Assembly (NCBI GenBank): GCA_042219045.1
Contig: JBDGQO010000039.1
Coordinates: 1-10,762, forward strand
Direction: 5' to 3'
From: Candidatus Bipolaricaulia bacterium
GTDB taxonomy: Bacteria; Bipolaricaulota; Bipolaricaulia; RBG-16-55-9
Length of the DNA: 10,762 nt
Shown here: piece after piece, positions 1-7,916 of the stretch
How the letters are laid out: the number at the start of each line of letters is the position of its first letter
How positions within the stretch are numbered: position 1 is the stretch's first letter
Position numbers and translations under genes: made by a program
Notes under the pieces: model-generated
Told to the model about the DNA's origin: nothing
Seen by the model: only the letters and a program-made list of their open reading frames with translations
Databases searched by the model: none

Positions 1-146
1 CACCGAGCCTCCGGGCATCGAGTCTTGCGTGCCATTCTCGTCTGCAAACATGGGATTGTACGGGTCCGTCCATGCCGATTTGGCGATGGGATCACCTCGC
101 CGTGACGGTAGCCGCTGGGGACCGGAGCGCCAACGGGATATGTCCC

Positions 147-350
147 TCACCAAGCCGGCCGTTCGCGACGGGTCCGCTGGAGGAGCCACCCGTTGATGAG
201 ACGGTTCGGGTTTCCAACGTCTCGGCCGTTTACACAGGCCACCGCACAAGTCGAGTCACCCGATGGTCGACATGGTGGCCCCGCCGACAGCAACTGACTT
301 GACCGAACTTTCGCGGTGATCAGTACGTTTTGACCTGCCGGATGAGGCAT
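147..350 (-). CDS. Possible small hypothetical protein or gene remnant (67 aa), divergent from the SDR
   Basis: A strong SD (GAGGAGGAG, 365-357) precedes ATG 350. The product MPHPAGQNVLITAKVRSSQLL... has no motif I recognise. Confidence 0.25.
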   Translation of the reverse strand: MPHPAGQNVLITAKVRSSQLLSAGPPCRPSGDSTCAVACVNGRDVGNPNRLINGWLLQRTRRERPAW

Positions 351-438
351 CCTAGACTCCTCCTCGTAACCGCTTGCTCCTTTGGCTGCTCCCCAACGCC
401 GTCGAGCGACGCCGCCGACGGCCGCTTGGACGATCCGA

Positions 439-1260
439 ATGGCAACGTTGAAGGGAAGGACAGTGCTTATCACCGGAGGAACGCGCGGCATCGGCCGTGC
501 GATCGGGCTCCGGGCCGCCCGCGACGGCGCCAATGTCGTGGTGCTCGGCAAGACGGCCGAGCCCCATCCCAAGCTGCCGGGCACGGTCTACACGACGTGT
601 GAGGAGATCGAGCAGGCCGGCGGGCACGCGCTGCCAGCGATAGCCGACATTCGCGACGACGAAGCGGTTGCGGACGCCGTCGCGAGTGCCGTGGCCCGCT
701 TCGGCGGCCTGGACGTGCTCGTCAACAACGCGAGTGCGATCTCGCTCACGGGCACGCTGGAGACGCCGATGAAGCGCTTCGACCTCATGCAACAGATCAA
801 CGTCCGGGGCACGTTCCTCGCCACGCAGCTCTGCGTCCCGCATCTGAAGAAGGCGGAAAATCCGCACGTTCTCAATATCTCGCCGCCGCTCAACATGGAG
901 CCGCGCTGGTTCCGGAGCCATGTCGCCTACACGATGTCCAAGTACGGCATGAGCATGGGCGTGCTCGGCATGGCCGAGGAGTTCCGCGACGACGGGATCG
1001 GGGTGAACGCGCTCTGGCCGCGCACGACCATCGCCACCGCCGCCATCCGGAACCTGATCGGCGGCGAAGCCATGGAGCAGCGCTCGCGCAAGCCCGAGAT
1101 CATGGCCGACGCGGCCCACGCCATCGTCGGTCGGCCGAGCCGGGAGACGACGGGCCGCTTCTTCGTCGACGACGAGGTGCTGGCCGAGGAGGGCGTGACC
1201 GACTTCGAGCCCTACGCCGTCGACCCGAGCCAGCCATTGCAGCCCGACTTCTTTCTCTGA
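439..1260 (+). CDS. NAD(P)-dependent short-chain dehydrogenase/reductase, HSDL2-like (273 aa)
   Basis: Rossmann motif TGGTRGIG, the GKTAEPHPKLPGT signature of HSDL2-like SDRs, NNAS, catalytic YxxxK (YTMSK) and LWPRT. Start placed at ATG 439 (MATLKGRTVLITGG) rather than TTG 382 because the family domain begins there. Confidence 0.93.
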   Translation: MATLKGRTVLITGGTRGIGRAIGLRAARDGANVVVLGKTAEPHPKLPGTVYTTCEEIEQAGGHALPAIADIRDDEAVADAVASAVARFGGLDVLVNNASAISLTGTLETPMKRFDLMQQINVRGTFLATQLCVPHLKKAENPHVLNISPPLNMEPRWFRSHVAYTMSKYGMSMGVLGMAEEFRDDGIGVNALWPRTTIATAAIRNLIGGEAMEQRSRKPEIMADAAHAIVGRPSRETTGRFFVDDEVLAEEGVTDFEPYAVDPSQPLQPDFFL

Positions 1261-1345
1261 TCGGGCAGGCATCGCGCCATCGAACCTCGATCAGTATCCG
1301 AGATAACGGGCATCCGGTCGATGACGTGTCCGTTTCGACATGGCG

Positions 1346-2836
1346 TCAGGTCGTCTCCAACGCCGCGTTCGGCGTGTGCAGGCTGGCGGGCAACGACGTG
1401 CGGCCGCGGAGGAATCGATCGATCTGCCGCGCCATGTCGCGTCCATCGGCGATTGCCGTCACCACGAGCGAGGCCCCCACGCGGGCGTCGCCGCAGGCGA
1501 AGACGCCGTTTTGTGAGGTCATGAGCCGATCGTCTGTGGTGAACGTGGCTCCAGCGCTCAGCTCGAGGCCCTCGGCGTGGGCCCAATCGGCATCCGGTCC
1601 GCGAAACCCGATCGCGACGAGCGCCAGGTCACAGGGAATACGCAAGCTGCTGTCGATGACGTCCTTTGAGACGCGTCGGCCTCGAGCGTTGTAGCGCCAC
1701 TTGACGCGCTCGGCCAGGAGGGCATCGACGTGGCCGTCGCCGTCCTCGTCGATCAGTTCCGTCGTCTCGACGCCGAAGGCTTCCACGGCCCCTTCCTCCT
1801 GTGCGTAGCTCTTGTGGTAGGTCTTCGGCAGCTCGGGCCAGGGGTTGTCCGCGGGACGCTCGGCCGGCGGCTGCTCATGAATGCTGATCTGGACGACCTC
1901 GCGCGCGCCTTGGCGCAACGCCGTGGCGACGCAGTCCGCGCCCGTGTCGCCGCCGCCCAGGACGACGACGCGCCGATCCGCGGCATCCAAGGCATCGTCG
2001 TTGCCAAGCGACCGCCCCGCTTGTCGACGGTTCTCGCGAATGAGATACGGCATGGCGTAGCGGACCCCCTTGAGATCCGCGCCCGGCAACGGGATTGCGC
2101 GCGGCCGCTGCGCGCCGAGCGCCAACCCGACGGCGCTGAAGCGATGTCCGAGATCCGCCAGCGACACGTCCTGGCCGACGTCGACTCCCGTCTCCAAGGC
2201 GATCCCCTCGTCCCTCAACTGTTGGACCCGACGCTCAACGCGGGATTTGGCAAACTTGAAATCGGGGATGCCGTAGGTCATCAGCCCGCCGATCGCGTCG
2301 TCGCGCTCCAGTAAAGTCACTCGATGGCCGACGCGGCGCAGCTGCTGGGCCGCCGCAAGGCCCGCCGGGCCGCTGCCGACGATGGCCACGTGGAAGCCCG
2401 TCTCATGCGTGGGCGGCTGCGGGCCGATCCAGCCCTCGGCCCAGCCGCGGTCGACGATGGCTCGCTCGATGTCCTTGATGGCGACCGGGTCGTCGTTGAC
2501 GGCCAACACGCACGTTGACTCACAGGGTGCCGGGCACGTGTAGCCCGTAAATTCCGGAAAGTTGTTCGTGGCGTGGAGCCGCTCGAGCGCGCGCCGCCAG
2601 TCGGCCTTGCTGACGAGGTCGTTCCAGTCGGGGATCAGATTGCCGAGCGGGCATCCGGCCATACACGTCGGCGTGCCGCAGTCCATGCAGCGTTCGCCCT
2701 GCGAGCGCAATTGGTCGTCGTTCCAGTCCGGCCGCCAGATCTCGTCCCAATCGTAGACGCGCTCCTCGGCAGCGCGTTTGCCGACGGGCTCGCGCGGATG
2801 ATGGAGAAACGCTTGGGGATGGTTTTCGCTCGCCAT
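1346..2836 (-). CDS. gltD: Glutamate synthase small (beta) subunit
   Basis: Fe-S motifs CMDCGTPTCMAGCP and CPAPCESTC, FAD motif GSGPAG, YGIPDFK, pyridine-nucleotide motif GGGDTGADC and C-terminal GVFACGD..GASLVVTAIADGR. ATG at 2836 lies 6 nt downstream of AAGGAGG and overlaps the gltB stop (TGATG). The in-frame GTG at 2839 is the alternative start. Confidence 0.96.
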   Translation of the reverse strand: MASENHPQAFLHHPREPVGKRAAEERVYDWDEIWRPDWNDDQLRSQGERCMDCGTPTCMAGCPLGNLIPDWNDLVSKADWRRALERLHATNNFPEFTGYTCPAPCESTCVLAVNDDPVAIKDIERAIVDRGWAEGWIGPQPPTHETGFHVAIVGSGPAGLAAAQQLRRVGHRVTLLERDDAIGGLMTYGIPDFKFAKSRVERRVQQLRDEGIALETGVDVGQDVSLADLGHRFSAVGLALGAQRPRAIPLPGADLKGVRYAMPYLIRENRRQAGRSLGNDDALDAADRRVVVLGGGDTGADCVATALRQGAREVVQISIHEQPPAERPADNPWPELPKTYHKSYAQEEGAVEAFGVETTELIDEDGDGHVDALLAERVKWRYNARGRRVSKDVIDSSLRIPCDLALVAIGFRGPDADWAHAEGLELSAGATFTTDDRLMTSQNGVFACGDARVGASLVVTAIADGRDMARQIDRFLRGRTSLPASLHTPNAALETT

Positions 2837-5800
2837 CACTGGCCTCCTTCGACGAGGGCTTCGGGCTCCGTTGCCTGGATGGCGCGCGTCGGCAAGTCGG
2901 GACGGATATCGTGTCCCTTCTGCCGTTCAGCCTGCACGACCTCGGCGTACGCCTGGGGCATGACCTTGACGAAGCGATCGCTTGGCCGATCGTGTCTGAG
3001 CAGTCGCGCGGCCACATCGCTTCCCGTGTGGGCCCAGTGGTTTTCCACGAGGCGATGGAGCAACTGCTGGTCGCGCGGATCCGCGATCGCTTCGATTCGC
3101 ACGCGCGCCGTATTGATCCGAGATTCCAGTTCACGGGCGTCGTCGGGACAGAGGAGGTAGGCTTCGCCGCCGCTCATCCCGGCCGCGAAGTTGGTGCCGA
3201 CCGGGCCGAGAACGACGACCGCGCCGCCGGTCATGTACTCGCACCCGTGCTGGCCGAGTCCTTCGATGACGGCAAACACCCCGGAGTTGCGCACGGCGAA
3301 GCGCTCGCCCGCCTGGCCGCGAGCGTAAAGCTCGCCCGCGGTCGCCCCGTAGAGCGCGACGTTGCCCAAGGTGACGCTGGCTTCGGGTTGATAGCCGGCA
3401 TCTCGCGGGGGATGGATGACGAGCTTGCCGCCCGCCAGCCCCTTGCCGACGTAGTCGTTCGCCTGACCAGTCAACCGCAGCGTCATGCCGGGCGCGAGGA
3501 ACGCCCCGAAGCTCTGCCCCGCGGTACCATTCAGCTCGACCGATACCGTGTCTTCTGGGAGGCCCAGCTCGCCCCAGCGCTTGGCAACGCGCGAGCTCAG
3601 CAGCGTGCCGAACGTCCGATCGCGGTTCGTGATCGGCAGCTCGATCGCCACGGGCTCGGCCCGTTCCAGGGCGGGTTGGGCTCGTTCGATCAGTTCGTGA
3701 TCCCGCTTGGCGTCGAGCTTGTGGGTCTGGCTGCGGGTCGCTTTCGGCGCATCAGCGGACTCCGGCCGATGGAGCAGTGGTGCCATGTCGAGCCCGTCCG
3801 CGCTCGACCGAGGATGGAGCTTGTCCACGCGGCCGACCATCTCGTCCACCGTTCGGAACCCCAGCGACGCCATGGTCTCGCGCACTTCCTGGGCGACCCC
3901 GGACAGATACCGGACGACGTGCTCGGGATCGCCGGCGAAGCGCGCCCGCAGCTGCGGGTCCTGAGTGGCGATGCCGACCGAGCAGGTGTTGCAGTGGCAC
4001 TTGCGCAGCATGATGCAGCCGAGCGCGACCAGCGGTGCCGTGCCGAACCCGAACGCCTCCGCGCCGAGCATGGCCGCGACCGCCACGTCGCGGCCCGTCT
4101 TGAGGCCGCCGTCGACGCGCAGGCGGACCCGTGAGCGCAGGCGCTGCTCGAGCAACACCTGCTGGGCCTCGGCCAGCCCGAGCTCCCACGGCAGCCCGGC
4201 GTGCTTGATTGAAGTCTTGGCCGACGCGCCCGTGCCGCCCGAATCCCCGGAGATGAGAATCCCGTCCGCGCGTGCTTTGGCGACGCCGGCCGCGATCGTC
4301 CCGACGCCGACGCGGGCGACGAGCTTGACGTGGACCTCGGCCTCCGGGTTGGCGCACTTGAGATCGTGGATGAGCTGGGCGAGGTCCTCGATGGAATAGA
4401 TGTCGTGGTGCGGCGGGGGCGAGATCAGCTCCACGCCCGGCGTGGTGTGGCGCACGCGGCCGATGTCCTCCGTGATCTTGTGGCCCGGCAGTTGGCCGCC
4501 CTCGCCCGGCTTGGAGCCCTGGGCCATCTTGATCTCGATCTGGTGGGCGTTGGCCAGATAGGGGAGGGTGACGCCGAAGCGGCCGCTGGCAACCTGCTTG
4601 TTGAGGCATTCGCGGTCCGTGCCGAAGCGCTCGGTCCCTTCGCCGCCCTCGCCCGAACCGGCGACGCCGCCGAGGCGGTTCATGGCCATGGCCAACGTTT
4701 CATGGGCCTCCTGGCTGAGCGCGCCGAACGACATGGAACTGCTGAAGAAGCGCCTGGCAATGGAGGCGACGGACTCGACCTCGTCGAGGGATATCGGCGC
4801 GGCGTCGGCCGCCGAGACATCAACCCGACCGCGGAGCGTGTGACGCCGATCGTGGTCGTGGGCGAGCTCGGCGAAGCGCCGGTAGGCGTCCGGACGTCCG
4901 CTGCGGGCGGCCCACTGGAGCGCCCCCACGGTCGAGGGATTCCAAGCGTGGGCCTCGCCGTCGCGGCGCCAATAGTAGTCGCCGCCGCTGGCCAGCCACT
5001 GGGTGGGATCTCGATCCGGGGCGAATGCCGCATGATGGCGGGCTTTGACGTCGGCCTCGATGTCGGCGAGGCCGACGCCGCCGAGCTGCGAGATCGTGCC
5101 CGTGAAGAAACGCTCGACCAGGTCGGCATCGAGCCCGACGGCGTCGAAGATCTGTGCGCCCTTGTAGCTCTCCAGGTCGGAGATGCCCATCTTCGACATG
5201 ACTTTCAAGAGGCCGTCTTCGAGGGCATGGATGTAAGGCTCAACGAGGTCGTCGCGCTGCTCGCCGAGGCTCGCGTAGGCGAGATAGGGGCAGACGGCGT
5301 CGGCGCCGTACCCGACGAGCGCGCAGAGGTGATGCACGAGATGCGGCTCGCCGGAGTCCACAACGAGGCCGACGCGAGACCGCAAGCCGCGACGAATCAG
5401 ATGGTGGTGGAGGCCGCTGGCGGCAAGCAGGCTCGGGATCGGCGCTCGCTGGGCACCCACGGCGCGATCGGAGAGGATCAGGATCGTGTGGCCGTCGGCG
5501 ATCGCGCGCTCCCCGCTGCGCATCAGCTCGTCGAGCCCGGCTTCCATGGAATTGGCCGGATCGAACGTCGTCTCAAGCGTCCGGGCACGGAGGCCGTCGG
5601 CGTTGAGCGAGGCGAGCCGCTCGCGGTCCGCCTCGCGCAGCACGGGCGAGTCCAGCTCCAGCCGCCGTGCGTCCGCGGGCGACTCGGTCAGCAAGTTGCC
5701 CCGTGGCCCGAGGAACGTCGCCAACGACGTCACGGCGGCCTCGCGGACGTAGTCGATCGGCGGGTTCGACACCTGGGCGAACGACTGTTTGAGATAGTGG

Positions 5801-7365
5801 AACAGCGACTTGGGGCTCTGAGACAGCGGAGCGGGGGGCGCGTCGTCGCCCATGGAGCCGACGGGATCCTTGCCGTCGACGCTCATCGGCTCCAAGAGCC
5901 GCTCGAGGCTCTCCAGCGAATAGCCGAACGCCAGCTGGGGGGCCGTGAGGGATGCCGAGGACGACGACGTCGCCGCATGCCCGTTGCAGCCCTCGGAACG
6001 CGGCCACGTGTCGTCCAGTCGAACGCGATTCTGGCGAACCCAGCGGCCGTAGCGCTCGTGGGCGAGTTCGGCCATGATCTCCTCGTCGCGGAGGAGGCGA
6101 CCGCGCGTCGGGTCCGCGACGAGCATCTGTCCGGGGCCGAGCCGCCCCGTCTCGGCGATCTCGGCAGGCTCGAGGTCGAGCGTCCCGGCCTCGCTCGCGA
6201 GGGCGAGCCGATCGTCGTGCGTCACGGCATAGCGGCAGGGGCGGAACCCGTTGCGATCCAGGGCCGCCACGACGCGTTGGCCGTCGGTGCCGGCCACCAG
6301 CGCCGGGCCGTCCCATGGCTCAGCGAGCGTGGCGTGGTAGGCGTACCAGTCGCGTCGAGCGGCGTCCATGGCGGGATCGTGACGCCAGGCTTCGGGCATC
6401 AGCATGCGCAGCGCGTGCGGCAACGACCGGCCGCTGTGCACCAACAGCTCCAGCACGTGATCGAGGTTCGCCGTGTCGCTCTGGCTCGCGTCGACGATCG
6501 GCTTCAGCTCCTCGAGGTCGTCGCCGAAGTCGGGATGGGCCAGCTCGACCTCGCGCGCCCGCATCCAGTTGAGGTTGCCCTGGAGCGTGTTGATCTCGCC
6601 GTTGTGGACGATCCGGCGATAGGGATGGGCGAGCGGCCAGCTCCCGAGCGTGTTCGTGGAGAAGCGCGCGTGCACCACCGCCAACGACGACCGGACGTCC
6701 GGGTCGCTCAGGTCGGGATAATAGTCGGCCAGTTGGTCGTTGGTCAGCAGCCCCTTGTAGACGATCGTCTGTCGATCGAGCGAGCAGACGTAGAACGCCT
6801 CGGAATGAGTCAATGGCGCCGCGGCCCGCTCAATTCGGCGGCGCAGGACGTAGAGCCGGCGGTCGAATTCCGAATTCGAACATGGCCCTCGGGGACGCAG
6901 GAAGACTTGCTGGACAGAGGGCTCCGAACCGAGCGCGGTCGCGCCGAGGCGATCGTTGCGGGTCGGCACGCGCCGCCATGCCAGCACGTCAAACCCGTCC
7001 TCATCGGCCATTCGCTCCACGAGCGCGCTAAACGGCGCCTGATGGGGCTGCGAGCGGGGCAGAAAGAGTTGGCCGACCGCGTAGGCGTCGACTTCCGCCA
7101 GCGGCGGGATCTCGCGCCGCAAGAACGCGTCGGGCGTTCGGATCAGCATGCCGGCCCCGTCGCCGGTGTTATCTTCCGCGCCGCGGGCCCCGCGATGGTC
7201 GAGGTTGCCGAGCATGCGGAGCGCGTCCTCGACGAGCCCGTGCGTCGCGCGCCCGGACAGGTCAACGAGCGCGCCCACACCGCAGTGGGCGTGCGGACGG
7301 AGTCCACGATGGAGGGGACGTTGACGCAACCGCGTTAAGCCTGGGGACACATTGTTGTCCGGCAT
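2836..7365 (-). CDS. gltB: Glutamate synthase large (alpha) subunit (1509 aa)
   Basis: Propeptide followed by catalytic Cys1 (CGVG), HRGA, GDGAG, HARFSTNT, HNGEIN, EPWDGPA, FAQVSNPPID, KQVASGRFGV, IKMAQGSKPGEGGQLPG, ISPPPHHDIYSIEDL, the 3Fe-4S Cx5Cx4C motif and a C-terminal GXGXG beta-helix. SD GGGAGGAG lies just upstream of ATG 7365. Confidence 0.98.
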   Translation of the reverse strand: MPDNNVSPGLTRLRQRPLHRGLRPHAHCGVGALVDLSGRATHGLVEDALRMLGNLDHRGARGAEDNTGDGAGMLIRTPDAFLRREIPPLAEVDAYAVGQLFLPRSQPHQAPFSALVERMADEDGFDVLAWRRVPTRNDRLGATALGSEPSVQQVFLRPRGPCSNSEFDRRLYVLRRRIERAAAPLTHSEAFYVCSLDRQTIVYKGLLTNDQLADYYPDLSDPDVRSSLAVVHARFSTNTLGSWPLAHPYRRIVHNGEINTLQGNLNWMRAREVELAHPDFGDDLEELKPIVDASQSDTANLDHVLELLVHSGRSLPHALRMLMPEAWRHDPAMDAARRDWYAYHATLAEPWDGPALVAGTDGQRVVAALDRNGFRPCRYAVTHDDRLALASEAGTLDLEPAEIAETGRLGPGQMLVADPTRGRLLRDEEIMAELAHERYGRWVRQNRVRLDDTWPRSEGCNGHAATSSSSASLTAPQLAFGYSLESLERLLEPMSVDGKDPVGSMGDDAPPAPLSQSPKSLFHYLKQSFAQVSNPPIDYVREAAVTSLATFLGPRGNLLTESPADARRLELDSPVLREADRERLASLNADGLRARTLETTFDPANSMEAGLDELMRSGERAIADGHTILILSDRAVGAQRAPIPSLLAASGLHHHLIRRGLRSRVGLVVDSGEPHLVHHLCALVGYGADAVCPYLAYASLGEQRDDLVEPYIHALEDGLLKVMSKMGISDLESYKGAQIFDAVGLDADLVERFFTGTISQLGGVGLADIEADVKARHHAAFAPDRDPTQWLASGGDYYWRRDGEAHAWNPSTVGALQWAARSGRPDAYRRFAELAHDHDRRHTLRGRVDVSAADAAPISLDEVESVASIARRFFSSSMSFGALSQEAHETLAMAMNRLGGVAGSGEGGEGTERFGTDRECLNKQVASGRFGVTLPYLANAHQIEIKMAQGSKPGEGGQLPGHKITEDIGRVRHTTPGVELISPPPHHDIYSIEDLAQLIHDLKCANPEAEVHVKLVARVGVGTIAAGVAKARADGILISGDSGGTGASAKTSIKHAGLPWELGLAEAQQVLLEQRLRSRVRLRVDGGLKTGRDVAVAAMLGAEAFGFGTAPLVALGCIMLRKCHCNTCSVGIATQDPQLRARFAGDPEHVVRYLSGVAQEVRETMASLGFRTVDEMVGRVDKLHPRSSADGLDMAPLLHRPESADAPKATRSQTHKLDAKRDHELIERAQPALERAEPVAIELPITNRDRTFGTLLSSRVAKRWGELGLPEDTVSVELNGTAGQSFGAFLAPGMTLRLTGQANDYVGKGLAGGKLVIHPPRDAGYQPEASVTLGNVALYGATAGELYARGQAGERFAVRNSGVFAVIEGLGQHGCEYMTGGAVVVLGPVGTNFAAGMSGGEAYLLCPDDARELESRINTARVRIEAIADPRDQQLLHRLVENHWAHTGSDVAARLLRHDRPSDRFVKVMPQAYAEVVQAERQKGHDIRPDLPTRAIQATEPEALVEGGQ

Positions 7366-7404
7366 CGCTCCTCCCTTGCCGCGAACGCTCGAATTGGGGC
7401 GCGG

Positions 7405-7605
7405 TCAACCCGCTCGCCGGGGTTGGCCTTGGATTGTTTGCCGGGGCGGCTCGAACGCCTCACAGTCGTATCGGAGGTCGAATCCGCTTCTGATCTCGCG
7501 AATTTCGACCAGCCGTCGGCAGCTGGGACAGTGCTGGCTCTCGACGGTGCGCGGTCCAGCGGACGGACCGAGCGACATCGGTCGCTGACATCGAGCGCAA
7601 TACAT
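7405..7605 (-). CDS. Small hypothetical protein, putative zinc ribbon (66 aa, CARC...CPSC)
   Basis: ATG 7605 is preceded by AAGGAGG with a 4-nt spacer. The product MYCARCQRPMSLG...SQHCPSCRRLVEIREI... has two CxxC knuckles. It stops 39 nt before the gltB start on the same strand. Confidence 0.6.
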   Translation of the reverse strand: MYCARCQRPMSLGPSAGPRTVESQHCPSCRRLVEIREIRSGFDLRYDCEAFEPPRQTIQGQPRRAG

Positions 7606-7635
7606 GGGGCCTCCTTGTCGAGAACGGAACGGACG

Positions 7636-7665
7636 GCGAGCCGAGGGCTGAGCCCTGTCGCTCGC
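7636..7665 (-). other. GC-rich RNA hairpin in the gltB-operon leader (possible attenuator or weak terminator)
   Basis: mRNA reads GCGAGC-GAC-AGGGCT-C-AGCCCT-CG-GCTCGC, two nested inverted repeats, followed by pyrimidine-rich CGTCCGTTCCGTTCT rather than a true U-tract. Confidence 0.45.
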
Positions 7666-7738
7666 GGCTTTCACTCGGGCCCGGAATGATGCGGGACGAA
7701 CTCACTCGTGATAGCGGCGGTTTGAATGCGATATCCCC

Positions 7739-7882
7739 CTATCGGGGGAGAATGAGAAGGAGGGCGATGGCCGGGAGGCCAACCCGGATGACAAGGAGGG
7801 TCGGAACGGCAGAATGCGCCCATTTCGACGGCTCAACACGGAAGAGAGCCGCCTGATCGGAACGCTCGGACGTGTGAACCAC
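7739..7882 (-). CDS. Putative leader peptide or small hydrophobic protein (47 aa, MVHTSERSDQAALFRVEPSKWAHSAVPTLLVIRVGLPAIALLLILPR)
   Basis: GTG 7882 lies 8 nt downstream of AGGAGG (7896-7891) and just downstream of a TTGACA-type promoter. The C-terminus is Leu/Ile/Val-rich. It is the 3' part of track ORF 7739..8056. Confidence 0.5.
   Translation of the reverse strand: MVHTSERSDQAALFRVEPSKWAHSAVPTLLVIRVGLPAIALLLILPR
7750..7800. repeat. Imperfect 15-bp direct repeat, 36-bp period (anti-SD-like CCCTCCTT on the minus strand)
   Basis: gaatgagaaggaggg (7750-7764) and ggatgacaaggaggg (7786-7800) match at 13 of 15 positions. Confidence 0.7.
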
Positions 7883-7916
7883 GGAAACCGCCTCCTGATC
7901 ATCGAAGATGGGCACG

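Noticed and set aside
18..34. TGGCACG on the minus strand as a sigma54 -24 element
   Set aside because: There is no TTGC -12 element at the required spacing.
1261..1345. Bidirectional intrinsic terminator between the convergent SDR and gltD
   Set aside because: Only short 4-6 bp stems (e.g. ATCGA-ACC-TCGAT) are present, with no U-tract on either strand.
1933..1959. GltD GGGDTGADC (GxGxxG) as evidence of NADH specificity
   Set aside because: The motif alone is not diagnostic. As I recall, the NADPH-dependent Bacillus subtilis enzyme carries the same sequence.
4330..7338. 1002-aa ORF on the + strand, plus 2911..4134, 352..1272 and other long overlapping ORFs
   Set aside because: These are antisense shadows of gltB, gltD, the SDR and the PDE. 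Stop-free reverse frames are expected with high-GC codon bias, and I recognised no domain motifs in them.
7757..7856. AAGGAGGG motifs as + strand ribosome-binding sites for ORFs starting at 7767 or 7814
   Set aside because: Spacers of 2 and 13 nt are poor and the products are featureless. The motifs fit better as anti-SD sequences on the minus-strand transcript.
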